Notes: generated from the letters alone by a model not told the origin. A DNA stretch of 48,715 nt from Bacilli bacterium (GCA_007116005.1 SKJH01000043.1:1-48715); one strand, 5' to 3'. Positions 9,230 through 19,050 are shown, numbered from the stretch's first letter. Numbers and translations are program-made.

Positions 9230-10927
9230 ATGACTAGAAAAAAAAATAATAAAAAGAGAAAATTGTTTTTTAGTGTGTTGTTAATTTTTTTAGCGGTTGG
9301 GTTATTTTACTTTGTGTTTAATTTTATTGATTTAAATAATAAAATATTTGAACAAAAAACTATGTATTTAGCAGCTTCTAATTTAAGTGTTAGTTTATAT
9401 GATGAGAATTTAATAGAAATAAAAAGTTCTGTAAGGGGAACAGAAGTAATATTAACTAATACAACACTAAAAAAAGAGGAAAACAAGTATGTGATGGTTA
9501 AAATAAATGATGCGGATTTATTTGTGTTAGAAGATAACTTAGTAGATAAAATAACAGATGTTGTTAAAGAAGAAAAAGTATATGTTAGAACACCTACAAC
9601 TTTATATTTAAATATTGATTCAGGATATATAGATGGTTTATTAGAAAAGGGAAGTGAGCTTTTAGTAGTTGGATATGATGAATTATTAGAAAACGGACAT
9701 GTTAATGCTTATAAAGTAAAATTAGAGGGTGATAAAGAAGGATATGTTTATCAAAAATATGTAGTTTTTGATCTTGATGAGGCGCTTTATAATTATGAAC
9801 CAGAAAAATATTATAATATACATAATAGTAGAAGTGATATTCATAGTGGAGTAGGTGGTACTGGAGGAGGATTAGATTATTTTCCTTCTGAAAAACCAAA
9901 TTTCGAAAACAATGTTATGCCAGAAAAAGTATATTCCCTATATTTAAATAGCAGTAGAAATATTATTAATAATATAGATAAATATATAGAGTTTGCAAAA
10001 GAGACTAAAATAAATGCTTTTGTTGTTGATATAAAGGATAACGAATCGCCTGCATATAAATCAAAAGTTTATGAAAAATATTCAAAAACCAATCAGAGAT
10101 ATGCAAATAATTCATTTGAAGATTATAAAAAAGCAATAGATAAACTAAAATCAGCGGGTTTTTATTTAATAGGTAGAATAACTGTATTTAAGGATAAATA
10201 TTTTGTTCAGGATAATCCTGATATTGCTATAATGGATAAAAGAACAAATAAACCGTTTGACAATGGAACTTATTGGCCTAGTGCTTTTCAAAGGAAGGTA
10301 TGGCAATTTAATGTAGAACTTGCAAAAGAAGCTGTACAGGAATTCGGTTTTAATGAGATACAATTTGATTATGTAAGGTTTCCAGATAGAATAGTTAGTT
10401 TAGATAGAGCAGGGCATTTGGATTTTAGAAATGAATATGAAGAAGAAAAAGTACAAGCTATTCAAAGATTCTTGATGTATGCAAGAGATGAATTACATAA
10501 AATGGAAACATATATTTCAGTTGATGTGTTTGGAGAAAGTGTGAATACTTATGTTACAGCGTATGGTCAATATTGGCCTGCAATATCTAATGTTGTTGAT
10601 GTAATAAGTGGAATGCCTTATCCAGATCATTTTGCACCATATTCATACGGAATTCCAAAGCCATGGGAGGAACCGTATAAAGTTCTATATAATTGGGGCA
10701 AAGCAGCTGTAAGAAGACAAGAAGAAATTCCAACGCCTGCAATTGTAAGAACTTGGATTTTAGCACAAAATACTATGCAGGGGTTTAGATATGATCCTAA
10801 ACATATTGAAGCTCAAATCGAAGGATTAGTTGATGCTGGTTTAACTGGTGGTTACATGACTTGGGCATCAAGGGCTAGTTTAGATGGATATAAATTAAGA
10901 AAAGAAGCATATAGTAGGGAGTATTAG
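9230..10927 (+). CDS. membrane-anchored putative glycoside hydrolase (DUF4015-like TIM barrel) with N-terminal SH3-like repeats
   Basis: Signal anchor. Two GYVYQKYV-type SH3b-like segments. C-terminal INAFVVDIKD...YLIGRITVFKD...IQFDYVRFP pattern typical of the DUF4015 putative glycosidase family. Confidence 0.55.
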   Translation: MTRKKNNKKRKLFFSVLLIFLAVGLFYFVFNFIDLNNKIFEQKTMYLAASNLSVSLYDENLIEIKSSVRGTEVILTNTTLKKEENKYVMVKINDADLFVLEDNLVDKITDVVKEEKVYVRTPTTLYLNIDSGYIDGLLEKGSELLVVGYDELLENGHVNAYKVKLEGDKEGYVYQKYVVFDLDEALYNYEPEKYYNIHNSRSDIHSGVGGTGGGLDYFPSEKPNFENNVMPEKVYSLYLNSSRNIINNIDKYIEFAKETKINAFVVDIKDNESPAYKSKVYEKYSKTNQRYANNSFEDYKKAIDKLKSAGFYLIGRITVFKDKYFVQDNPDIAIMDKRTNKPFDNGTYWPSAFQRKVWQFNVELAKEAVQEFGFNEIQFDYVRFPDRIVSLDRAGHLDFRNEYEEEKVQAIQRFLMYARDELHKMETYISVDVFGESVNTYVTAYGQYWPAISNVVDVISGMPYPDHFAPYSYGIPKPWEEPYKVLYNWGKAAVRRQEEIPTPAIVRTWILAQNTMQGFRYDPKHIEAQIEGLVDAGLTGGYMTWASRASLDGYKLRKEAYSREY

Positions 10928-10928
10928 T

Positions 10929-11213
10929 ATGAAAAAAATTATGGTTGAAAATTTAGAGTTTGAATTAACAGAAAACATAAGGGAGGGATTCAACGAGGAA
11001 GAGTTTAAAAGTAAATATACAGATTTTTTTGAATGTTATGATTACATAGTAGGGGACTGGGCATACGGAAAACTTAGATTAAAAGGTTTTTATGAAGAAA
11101 GTAATAAAAAAGTAAAAGAATTTAATAATATAAAAACCCTTAATAAATATATTGAAAACAACTGTGCATATAAATGTAGATATTTTATTTTAAAAAGGGT
11201 GTACAAAAAATAA
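10929..11213 (+). CDS. yutD: YutD-like protein (DUF1027)
   Basis: YDYIVGDWAYGKLRLKGFY ... CAYKCRYFILKR resembles YutD. Its start lies 1 nt after the upstream stop. Confidence 0.65.
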   Translation: MKKIMVENLEFELTENIREGFNEEEFKSKYTDFFECYDYIVGDWAYGKLRLKGFYEESNKKVKEFNNIKTLNKYIENNCAYKCRYFILKRVYKK

Positions 11214-11220
11214 CAAAATA

Positions 11221-11229
11221 TGATATAAT
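11221..11229 (+). promoter_or_regulatory. extended -10 element TGATATAAT
   Basis: Exact TGnTATAAT, 40 nt upstream of the 11269 start. Confidence 0.4.
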
Positions 11230-11268
11230 GGTTGTAGAATAAAAAAGGATAAATAAGAGGTGAATAAA

Positions 11269-11538
11269 ATGGAAGAAAATAAAAGAACAATAGTAGTATT
11301 GGATGAAGAGGGAAAAGAAAGAGAAGCGGAAGTTTTATCGGTTTTCTCATTAAGTGAAAATGGTAAAAAATATATAATTTATACTTTAAATGAGAAAGAT
11401 GAAAATAATATGGTTAAAATTTATGTATCTATATTAAATGAAAAAGATGGTATGTATACATTTGAAGCTATTGAATCAGATGAAGAGTGGACACAAGTAA
11501 AAACTGTAATGAAACAAATTGCAAAAGGTGAACAATAG
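11269..11538 (+). CDS. DUF1292 (YrzB/UPF0473-like) small acidic protein
   Basis: Pattern ..VLDEEGKE.E.EVL..F......YIIYT......V.I......FE.IESDEEW. ATG at 11269 follows AAGAGG; the ORF-track GTG at 11260 lies inside the SD. Confidence 0.65.
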   Translation: MEENKRTIVVLDEEGKEREAEVLSVFSLSENGKKYIIYTLNEKDENNMVKIYVSILNEKDGMYTFEAIESDEEWTQVKTVMKQIAKGEQ

Positions 11539-11572
11539 TAATAATATATTTTATATAAAAGGAGGCAATGAT

Positions 11573-12676
11573 ATGGTTTACACACTTGAAGAAATTAAAA
11601 ATATAAAAATCAAAGATGATGGAGTTAAAAATAGGATAGTAAAGGTAAAAGAAGGAATTGTTGATTCAATGAAAAAATCGTATGATGATTTTTTAGCTAG
11701 TATTAAACAGAATGCTAATACAGTAGAACCGGAAAATGCTACACCCGTAGCAACTCCCGTTGTTAATGAAGAGGGTGAAAAGTTTGAAGAACTTTCTATA
11801 GTTCAGTTAATTGAGGCAATTAAAGATAAAGCTAGGATTACCGGGAAAAGAGGAGCAATAGCAACAGACATATTTTTAAGTGGTTTAAGAAATAAAGGTG
11901 AATTAAATGTAGCTTCTAACAATGAAGAAAAAGTAGCGGACAACCCTGTTACACCTGAAGTAGAAGTTCCAGTTGCTGAAACTGTATCAGAACCTGTAGT
12001 AAATAATGTTGAGCCAGTTCAAGAAAATATTTCTGCACCTATACCAACAGTAGAACCAGAACTTGTCTCAGTTCCTAATGAATTTAGTGAAACTCCTGAA
12101 GTTAAAACAGTAGAATCGGAAACAAAAAAAGAGGAAACTACTACGACTGATGTTAATGCTCCTGTTATAGAGTCGGTTGAACCTACTGAAAGTGTTGATG
12201 AGAAAGTAGAAGAACAAGAAGTGACAACAGAAAAACCAAAAGTTCAAGAAACATCTCCATTAACTTTAGCAGAAAAATTTGATGAGTTTAAACAAAATCT
12301 TTCTTATATTACAACTCAAAATGAACAATATGAAAAAGCTAATCAAAAATTGACAGAAAAGATTACATTACAAAATTCTACTATAGAGGATCTTACAAAA
12401 AAAATTATGCAATTAAAAGAAGTAATAAAAAACTTGAGAAATGAAATTGCAGATTTAAATACTCAAGTAGTACAACTTACAACTGAAAGAGATAATGCTG
12501 TAAAAGCTGCTCAAAATATTGAATCACAAGCAAGAACAGTACAACAACAAATGACAGAAGACCATGCAAAGGCTCTTTCAGATATAACAGAACAATATAA
12601 AGATGAAATGCGTGCATTAGTAGATGCTTTATCAGAGTTAATGCCAAAAGATAAAGCTATGAGAAAAGCAGCATAA
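11573..12676 (+). CDS. hypothetical protein: N-terminal domain, acidic P/V/E/T-rich linker, C-terminal coiled coil
   Basis: ATG at 11573 after AAAGGAGG (the ORF-track start at 11519 is an upstream TTG). Heptad-rich C-terminal third. Confidence 0.6.
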   Translation: MVYTLEEIKNIKIKDDGVKNRIVKVKEGIVDSMKKSYDDFLASIKQNANTVEPENATPVATPVVNEEGEKFEELSIVQLIEAIKDKARITGKRGAIATDIFLSGLRNKGELNVASNNEEKVADNPVTPEVEVPVAETVSEPVVNNVEPVQENISAPIPTVEPELVSVPNEFSETPEVKTVESETKKEETTTTDVNAPVIESVEPTESVDEKVEEQEVTTEKPKVQETSPLTLAEKFDEFKQNLSYITTQNEQYEKANQKLTEKITLQNSTIEDLTKKIMQLKEVIKNLRNEIADLNTQVVQLTTERDNAVKAAQNIESQARTVQQQMTEDHAKALSDITEQYKDEMRALVDALSELMPKDKAMRKAA

Positions 12677-12687
12677 ATTTATATATT

Positions 12688-12715
12688 AGATGTCATATGA
12701 CATCTTTTTTTTTTT
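12688..12715 (+). terminator. intrinsic terminator
   Basis: Perfect palindrome AGATGTCATATGACATCT (12688-12705) followed by T11. Confidence 0.8.
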
Positions 12716-12716
12716 G

Positions 12717-12725
12717 TGATATAAT
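12717..12725 (+). promoter_or_regulatory. extended -10 element TGATATAAT upstream of thiI
   Basis: Exact TGnTATAAT immediately after the terminator T-tract. Confidence 0.45.
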
Positions 12726-12760
12726 TTATATGTTTTAAAAAGTGAATACAGGAGGAAATT

Positions 12761-13948
12761 ATGGAGAAAATAATAATGATAAAGTATGGAGAATTATCTA
12801 CAAAGAAAGATAATATAAAACAATTTACAGATAAGTTATTAAAAAATGTTCAAAAAAAATTAAAGGGATACAATATTAGTATTACCAAAAATAAAGTTAG
12901 AATGTATATAAATATATATGAAAATAATGAAGATGAAATAATTTATAAATTAAAAGAAGTATTTGGTATTCATAGTATTGTGGTATGTTATAAAATATCT
13001 ACAGATTTAGAAATTATAAAAGATGAATGTTTAAAATTATTAAAAGAGAAACAATTTAAAACATTTAAGGTTGTTACAAATAGAGCTTATAAGTCGTTTG
13101 AATTAAATTCTATGGAAGTAAGTAAACTTATTGGAGCACATATATTAAAAAATATTAATGATATAGGTGTAGATGTTCATAATCCTGATTTAACATTAAA
13201 AGTAGAAATTAGGGATGAAAAATTTTCCTATATTTATACAAATGAAATTGAAGGATTAAAAGGTTATCCTGTTGGGATACAAGGTAAAGGGTTATTAATG
13301 TTGAGTGGTGGTATAGATAGTCCTGTTGCAGGATTTTTATCACAAAAAAGAGGAATAGATATTGATTGTATTTATTTTGAATCTCCACCTCATACTAGTT
13401 TAGCTGCTAAAAATAAAGTTGTAGAACTTGCTAAAATTTTAAGTAAATATGGAAGTAATATAAATATTCATGTTGTTCCTTTTACTGAGTTTCAAGAAGA
13501 AATTTATAAAAACATTGATAGTACGTATATGATTACTATAATGAGAAGAATGATGTATAGAATATCTGCAATAGTTTCTAAAAACATAAAATCAAATATA
13601 CTTATAAATGGAGAAAGTATTGGTCAAGTTGCAAGTCAAACACTACAAAGTATGTATGTGATAAATAGTGTTACTAATATGCCTGTAATAAGGCCAGTTA
13701 GTTGTTTAGATAAATTAGAAATAATAGGTATTTCAAAAAAAATAGGAACATATGATACTAGTATACTTCCTTTTGAAGATTGTTGTACAATTTTTGTTCC
13801 AAAACATCCGGTAATTAATCCAAATATGGAAAAATGTGTATACTATGAAACATTAATTGATTATCAAAAATTAATTAATGAATGTATAAATAATATAGAA
13901 ATAATTAATGTAAATACTATGAATGAAATTCATGATGACTTGCTATAA
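12761..13948 (+). CDS. thiI: tRNA 4-thiouridine synthase ThiI (no rhodanese domain)
   Basis: THUMP-like N-terminus, PP-loop SGGIDSPVA, 395 aa. Confidence 0.88.
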   Translation: MEKIIMIKYGELSTKKDNIKQFTDKLLKNVQKKLKGYNISITKNKVRMYINIYENNEDEIIYKLKEVFGIHSIVVCYKISTDLEIIKDECLKLLKEKQFKTFKVVTNRAYKSFELNSMEVSKLIGAHILKNINDIGVDVHNPDLTLKVEIRDEKFSYIYTNEIEGLKGYPVGIQGKGLLMLSGGIDSPVAGFLSQKRGIDIDCIYFESPPHTSLAAKNKVVELAKILSKYGSNINIHVVPFTEFQEEIYKNIDSTYMITIMRRMMYRISAIVSKNIKSNILINGESIGQVASQTLQSMYVINSVTNMPVIRPVSCLDKLEIIGISKKIGTYDTSILPFEDCCTIFVPKHPVINPNMEKCVYYETLIDYQKLINECINNIEIINVNTMNEIHDDLL

Positions 13949-14019
13949 ATTACCATGATTAAAAACGTATGATATAATGATTTTTTCACATTCTATAAAT
14001 GTATAGGAGGTGAGAAATC

Positions 14020-14247
14020 ATGAACAATAATAGTAATAATAGTAACAGCAATAAAATGGTAGTTCCTGGAGCTAAGCAAGCTATAGATAGAATGAAATAT
14101 GAAATAGCTAATGAATTTGGTGTTAATTTAGGTCCTGACGCAACTTCAAGAGCAAATGGTTCAGTTGGTGGTGAAATTACAAAACGTTTAGTTCAAATGG
14201 GGGAATCACAATTGGGCGGATCATCTAATAATAATATGCAAGGATAA
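14020..14247 (+). CDS. alpha/beta-type small acid-soluble spore protein
   Basis: Hallmark [10 protein letters not shown] and GGEITKRLV motifs. 75 aa. SD GGAGGTGA. Confidence 0.9.
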   Translation: MNNNSNNSNSNKMVVPGAKQAIDRMKYEIANEFGVNLGPDATSRANGSVGGEITKRLVQMGESQLGGSSNNNMQG

Positions 14248-14262
14248 ATATATATTAAGAAG

Positions 14263-14290
14263 GTAGAATTTTATTAAATTCTACTTTTTT
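14263..14290 (+). terminator. intrinsic terminator after the SASP gene
   Basis: Stem GTAGAATTT (14263-14271) / AAATTCTAC (14276-14284) plus T6. Confidence 0.75.
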
Positions 14291-14386
14291 AATATATATC
14301 TATTTGTAAATAACCTCGTATGGGGTATAAAAAAAATAGGTTATAATGTATAATATAAATATGATTTTTTAGTTAGGAGTAAAAAA

Positions 14387-15568
14387 ATGAAAATATTATC
14401 ATTAAATGCTGGTAGTTCTTCAATGAAGTTTCAACTTTATGAAATGCCAGAAGAAAAAGTTTTAATTGCAGGGGTATTTGAAAGAATAGGATTAAATAAT
14501 AGTTTTTATTCTATAAAATACAATAATAACAAAATAAAAAAAGAAATACAGTTTAAAAATCATGAAGAAGCTGTTAGTATTTTTTTGAAAGAATTAATAG
14601 ATTTAAAAATAATAGATAGTTTAGAGGATATTAAAGGAATAGGTCACAGAATTGTTCATGGTGGAGATAAATATTGTGATTCTGTTATAATAAATGAAGA
14701 GGTAATTCAAGATGTAGAAAAGTTTAGCACATTGGCGCCACTTCATAATCCAGTTAATTTGTTAGGGATAAATATAATAAAAAAAATATTGCCAGACTCA
14801 AAAAATGTGGCTGTTTTTGATACAGCTTTTCATCAAACAATGGATAAAGAAAGTTTTATTTATTCAGTACCATATGAATGGTATAAAGAATACGGTGTAA
14901 GAAGATATGGTTTTCATGGTACAAGTCATAAATATTTATCTGAAAGAATTTGTGAAATTTTAGGAAGAAAAGACTTGAAAGTTATTACTTGTCATTTAGG
15001 TGGCGGTGCTAGTATAACTGCTATTAAAGATGGAAAGTGTATAGAAACATCAATGGGTTTTACTCCATTATCAGGAATTACAATGGGGACAAGGTCTGGA
15101 GATATAGATCCATCTATAATAGAGTATATAATGCAAAAAACAGGTAAATCTATAAAAGAAGTAATGAATGACTTAAATAAAAAAAGTGGAGTATTAGGTA
15201 TTAGTGGTATTAGTAGTGATGATAGAGAAATTGAAGAGGGAATTAAAAACAACGATGAAAGATGTATTTTAGCTAGAAAAATATTTGTAAGAAGGATTGC
15301 AGCTTTTATATCACAGTATAATACGTTTTTGAATGGTGCAGATATTATAATATTTTCTGCAGGTATTGGTGAAAATTCAGAAGGTGTTAGAAAAGAAGTA
15401 ATGAATAGCTTAAGTTCTTTAGGTATTATAATAGATGATGAAAAAAACAAATCAAGAGGTGTAGAAACTGTTATAACTTCAAGTGATTCTAAAATCAGTT
15501 GTTATATAATACCTACAGATGAAGAGTTAATGATTGCAAAAGAAACATATGAATTAATAGAAAGGTAG
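14387..15568 (+). CDS. ackA: acetate kinase
   Basis: N-terminal ILSLNAGSSSMKFQLY. HRIVHGG, GFHGTSH and EELMIA motifs. Confidence 0.92.
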   Translation: MKILSLNAGSSSMKFQLYEMPEEKVLIAGVFERIGLNNSFYSIKYNNNKIKKEIQFKNHEEAVSIFLKELIDLKIIDSLEDIKGIGHRIVHGGDKYCDSVIINEEVIQDVEKFSTLAPLHNPVNLLGINIIKKILPDSKNVAVFDTAFHQTMDKESFIYSVPYEWYKEYGVRRYGFHGTSHKYLSERICEILGRKDLKVITCHLGGGASITAIKDGKCIETSMGFTPLSGITMGTRSGDIDPSIIEYIMQKTGKSIKEVMNDLNKKSGVLGISGISSDDREIEEGIKNNDERCILARKIFVRRIAAFISQYNTFLNGADIIIFSAGIGENSEGVRKEVMNSLSSLGIIIDDEKNKSRGVETVITSSDSKISCYIIPTDEELMIAKETYELIER

Positions 15569-15573
15569 TTATA

Positions 15574-16530
15574 ATGTATAAAAATATATATAAAAAAATA
15601 AAAAAAAATAATAATATTATTATTGCTAGACATATAGGAGCTGATCCTGATGCTTTAGGATCACAAATTGCATTAAGAGATATTATATCAACAACATTTC
15701 CAGAGAAAAATGTATATGCTATAGGAACTTATTCATCTAAATTTAGATTTATTGGTTCTATGGACAAACCATCAGAAAATATGTATGATGATTCTTTGAT
15801 TATTGTTTTAGATACTCCTATATTAAGAAGAGTAGATGTGGAAGATTTTTCAAAGTTTACTGATTCTATAAAAATTGATCATCATCCATTTGAAGAAAAG
15901 TTTTGTGATTTAGAATGGATTGAAGAAACATCATCAAGTTCTTGTCAAATGGTAATCGAATTATGTAAAAACATAAAATTAAATATGACAAAATATGCGG
16001 CTGAAAGATTGTTTTTTGGAGTTGTATCAGATACAAATAGATTCTTATATTATTCGTCAACACCTAGGACATTACATCTAGTTGCAGATTTAATTGAAGA
16101 ATATAATATTAGTACAACTGATTTATATGAACAATTGTATATGAGAAATATGAGCGAAATTAAATTGCAAGGGTATATTTCTCAAAATATGATAATTACA
16201 AAAAATAATGTAGGATATATTTGTATAACAGATAAAATAATAAAAGATTTTGGAGTGGACTCAGCAAGTGCTGGAAATATGGTTAATAATTTTACTTATA
16301 TTAATGAATTATTAGTATGGGTTACATTTTCAGAAGATGTAAAACAAAATGTAATAAGGGTATCCATTAGATCAAGAGGACCTGTTATAAATGAGGTTGC
16401 TTCTCTTTATAATGGAGGGGGACATCCTTTTGCAAGTGGAATTAGATTAGCAGATTTTAGTCAAGTAGATGAAATAATAGAAAAATTAGATTTAATATGT
16501 GAAGAATATAAAAACCAAGAAGAAAAATAG
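15574..16530 (+). CDS. nrnA: DHH/DHHA1 phosphoesterase (oligoribonuclease/pAp phosphatase NrnA-like)
   Basis: H.GADPDALGS, DHH (IDHHP) and GGGHPFASG motifs. Confidence 0.8.
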   Translation: MYKNIYKKIKKNNNIIIARHIGADPDALGSQIALRDIISTTFPEKNVYAIGTYSSKFRFIGSMDKPSENMYDDSLIIVLDTPILRRVDVEDFSKFTDSIKIDHHPFEEKFCDLEWIEETSSSSCQMVIELCKNIKLNMTKYAAERLFFGVVSDTNRFLYYSSTPRTLHLVADLIEEYNISTTDLYEQLYMRNMSEIKLQGYISQNMIITKNNVGYICITDKIIKDFGVDSASAGNMVNNFTYINELLVWVTFSEDVKQNVIRVSIRSRGPVINEVASLYNGGGHPFASGIRLADFSQVDEIIEKLDLICEEYKNQEEK

Positions 16531-16578
16531 GGTTTGCAAAATAATTAATGGTTTGATATAATTTAAAAGGTGATTATT

Positions 16579-17175
16579 ATGAAAATAACCAGTGTGGAGT
16601 TGTCTATTAGTGCAGTAAGACAAAGTCAATATCCAACTGATAATATACCAGAATTTCTTATAGTGGGGCGCTCTAATGTAGGGAAGAGCAGTTTTGTAAA
16701 CACTTTAATGCATAGAAAAAATTATGCAAGAACATCTAGTAGACCTGGTAAAACACAAACTTTAAATTTTTATTTAGTGAATAGAGATTTTTATATAGTT
16801 GATGTACCAGGATATGGATACGCTAGTGTTAATAAAAAGACACAAATGAAATTTGGTAAAATGATAGAAAGTTACTTAGAGAATAGGGAAAATTTAAAAG
16901 AAGTTTTTATGCTTGTGGATTTTAGACATAAGCCTAGTCATGATGATATGCTTATGTATGATTTCTTAAAATATTATAATTTAAAGGTAACTGTTGTAGC
17001 AACTAAGGTAGATAAAATATCAAAGGGTCAAAGAGAAAAATATAAAAAACAAATTTTAGATACTTTAGATTTAGTGTTAGGAGATTCTTTAATATTATTT
17101 TCTAGTGTTTCAAAAGAAGGTAAAAAATATGTGCATGAAAGAATAGAACAATATTTAGATTTTATAGATGATTAA
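16579..17175 (+). CDS. engB: ribosome biogenesis GTPase EngB/YsxC
   Basis: G1 GRSNVGKSS, DVPGYGY and TKVDK motifs. ATG at 16579; the ORF-track GTG at 16570 is part of the SD AAGGTGA. Confidence 0.88.
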   Translation: MKITSVELSISAVRQSQYPTDNIPEFLIVGRSNVGKSSFVNTLMHRKNYARTSSRPGKTQTLNFYLVNRDFYIVDVPGYGYASVNKKTQMKFGKMIESYLENRENLKEVFMLVDFRHKPSHDDMLMYDFLKYYNLKVTVVATKVDKISKGQREKYKKQILDTLDLVLGDSLILFSSVSKEGKKYVHERIEQYLDFIDD

Positions 17176-17214
17176 CACATCTATTTTTTTTTCATAAGAT
17201 ATATTGGTGATGAT

Positions 17215-17688
17215 GTGAAAATTGATGTTTTAGAAGATAATACTTTTGTTGTATATTTAAATAAATATTATATTAAAGAAATAGAAAACATAAATAAAGA
17301 TAATATACAAAAATATTTAAAAACTATATTTTTATGTTTAAAAAAGAAGTATGGTGTTAATATATATAGTTATTTTAATATTGATTGTTATATAAATAAA
17401 AGTTATGGATTAATATTAGAAGTGAGGGAAGAACCTGTGGGGTTTCATTTTTTTACTAAAAAGACTGATATGAAGTTAACTTTTTATAATAATTCTAAAA
17501 TTTTGTATAATATAGATGATTACTTTATAAAAGATATATTAAAAAATAACGATTATAAGTTGTATATTAGAGAAAATCAGTTTTTTTTAGATATGGACAA
17601 TTTAGATGAAAAAGAAAGCGCTTACATTATAGAAAACACAAAAAAAATAATATATGGTGAAAATATACAAAGTATAATAAACAATTAA
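17215..17688 (+). CDS. hypothetical protein, possibly a short MecA-like adaptor
   Basis: N-terminus MKIDVLEDNTFVVYL and C-terminal YKLYIRENQFFLDMD resemble MecA/YpbH N- and C-terminal signatures. GTG start. This is weak. Confidence 0.35.
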   Translation: MKIDVLEDNTFVVYLNKYYIKEIENINKDNIQKYLKTIFLCLKKKYGVNIYSYFNIDCYINKSYGLILEVREEPVGFHFFTKKTDMKLTFYNNSKILYNIDDYFIKDILKNNDYKLYIRENQFFLDMDNLDEKESAYIIENTKKIIYGENIQSIINN

Positions 17689-17710
17689 CTTTGTTTTTTT
17701 TTTAGTTTCG

Positions 17711-17719
17711 TGATATAAT
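17711..17719 (+). promoter_or_regulatory. extended -10 element TGATATAAT upstream of der
   Basis: Exact TGnTATAAT, 27 nt before the der ATG. Confidence 0.45.
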
Positions 17720-17745
17720 TTTAATGATTTTTTGGAGGGGATATT

Positions 17746-19050
17746 ATGAAGATACCTACTGTTGCACTAGTTGGAAAACCAAATGTAGGGAAATCTACAT
17801 TATTTAATCGTATAGCAGGAAAGAGAATATCTATTATAGAGGATACGCCTGGTGTAACTAGAGACAGAATATATAGTATGGCAGAATTTTATGATTATAA
17901 GTTCCATTTGATAGATACAGGTGGGATATCTTTAGAAAAGAATGCATTTAATGAAGAAATTAGAATGCAAGCTGGAATAGCTATAGATCAAGCTGATGTT
18001 ATTGTTTTTGTTGTAGATGGAAAAGAAGGAATTACATCAGAGGATCATTTGATAAAAGATATGTTAAGAAAAACAAATAAAAAGGTAATAGTAGCTATAA
18101 ATAAAGTAGATAATAAAATTGCTGAAGAAAACAAATATGATTTTTATGAACTTGGATTTGATGAATATATAAATGTTAGTGCGGAACACAATAGTGGAAT
18201 ATATGATTTATTAGATACTGTTACTTCGAACTTTAAAGATGTTAAAGATATAGTTTATGGTGAAGATGTAATAAAGTTTTGTGTTATTGGTAGACCGAAT
18301 GTAGGTAAGAGTAGTTTAGTAAATGCATTAATTAACGAAGAAAGAGTTATTGTGTCTAATACCGCTGGAACTACAAGGGATGCTGTAGATACTCCTTTTG
18401 TATATGATAAAAGGGATTTTGTTGTTATAGATACAGCGGGTATTAAAAAGCAAGGGAAAATATATGAAGACGTTGAAAGATATAGTGTTTTAAGAGCTTT
18501 AAAAGCTATAGATAGAAGTGATGTTTGTTTAATAGTAATAAATGCAGAAGAAGGTATTATAGAACAAGATAAACATATTGCAGGTTATGCACTTGAAAGT
18601 GGGAAATCAGTAGTTTTAGTTGTAAATAAATGGGACAAATCAGATAAGACAATTAATATATTTACTAAAGAATTAAAAAGTCATTTTGCATTTATGGAAT
18701 ATGCACCTATAGTGTTTTTATCAGCATTAACTAAAAAGAGAATTCATACGTTGATGCCTGAGGTTTTAAAAGTATATGATAATTGGAATAAACATATAAA
18801 AACAAGTTTATTAAATGATGTTATAACAGATGCGGTATCTTTAAATCAACCACCATCATATAAAGGGAAAAGGTTAAAAATATATTATGTTAGTCAAATA
18901 GAAAATAAACCACCAAAGTTTGTGTTTAAAGTAAATAATAAATCGTTAATACATTTCTCTTATGAAAGGTATTTAGAAAATAAAATTAGAGAATCTTTCG
19001 ATTTAAGAGGGACTCCTGTAATATTACAGTTTAAAAATAGGGGAGAATAA
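17746..19050 (+). CDS. der: GTPase Der (EngA)
   Basis: Two tandem G domains (GKPNVGKST; GRPNVGKSS) plus a C-terminal KH-like domain. 434 aa. Confidence 0.92.
   Translation: MKIPTVALVGKPNVGKSTLFNRIAGKRISIIEDTPGVTRDRIYSMAEFYDYKFHLIDTGGISLEKNAFNEEIRMQAGIAIDQADVIVFVVDGKEGITSEDHLIKDMLRKTNKKVIVAINKVDNKIAEENKYDFYELGFDEYINVSAEHNSGIYDLLDTVTSNFKDVKDIVYGEDVIKFCVIGRPNVGKSSLVNALINEERVIVSNTAGTTRDAVDTPFVYDKRDFVVIDTAGIKKQGKIYEDVERYSVLRALKAIDRSDVCLIVINAEEGIIEQDKHIAGYALESGKSVVLVVNKWDKSDKTINIFTKELKSHFAFMEYAPIVFLSALTKKRIHTLMPEVLKVYDNWNKHIKTSLLNDVITDAVSLNQPPSYKGKRLKIYYVSQIENKPPKFVFKVNNKSLIHFSYERYLENKIRESFDLRGTPVILQFKNRGE

Noticed and set aside
13941-13980. Attempt to assign a sigma-G/sigma-F forespore promoter to the SASP gene, and a sigma-E promoter to spoIVA (19660-19738)
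   Set aside because: In this AT-rich background, only weak partial matches to the GnATA / CATnnTA or ATA..CATACA-T consensus could be read. That is not enough to call.
14992-15450. 152-aa minus-strand ORF inside ackA
   Set aside because: It is antisense to a gene with unambiguous acetate kinase motifs. The translation is low-complexity (S/I/L/F/P) and there is no ribosome-binding site.
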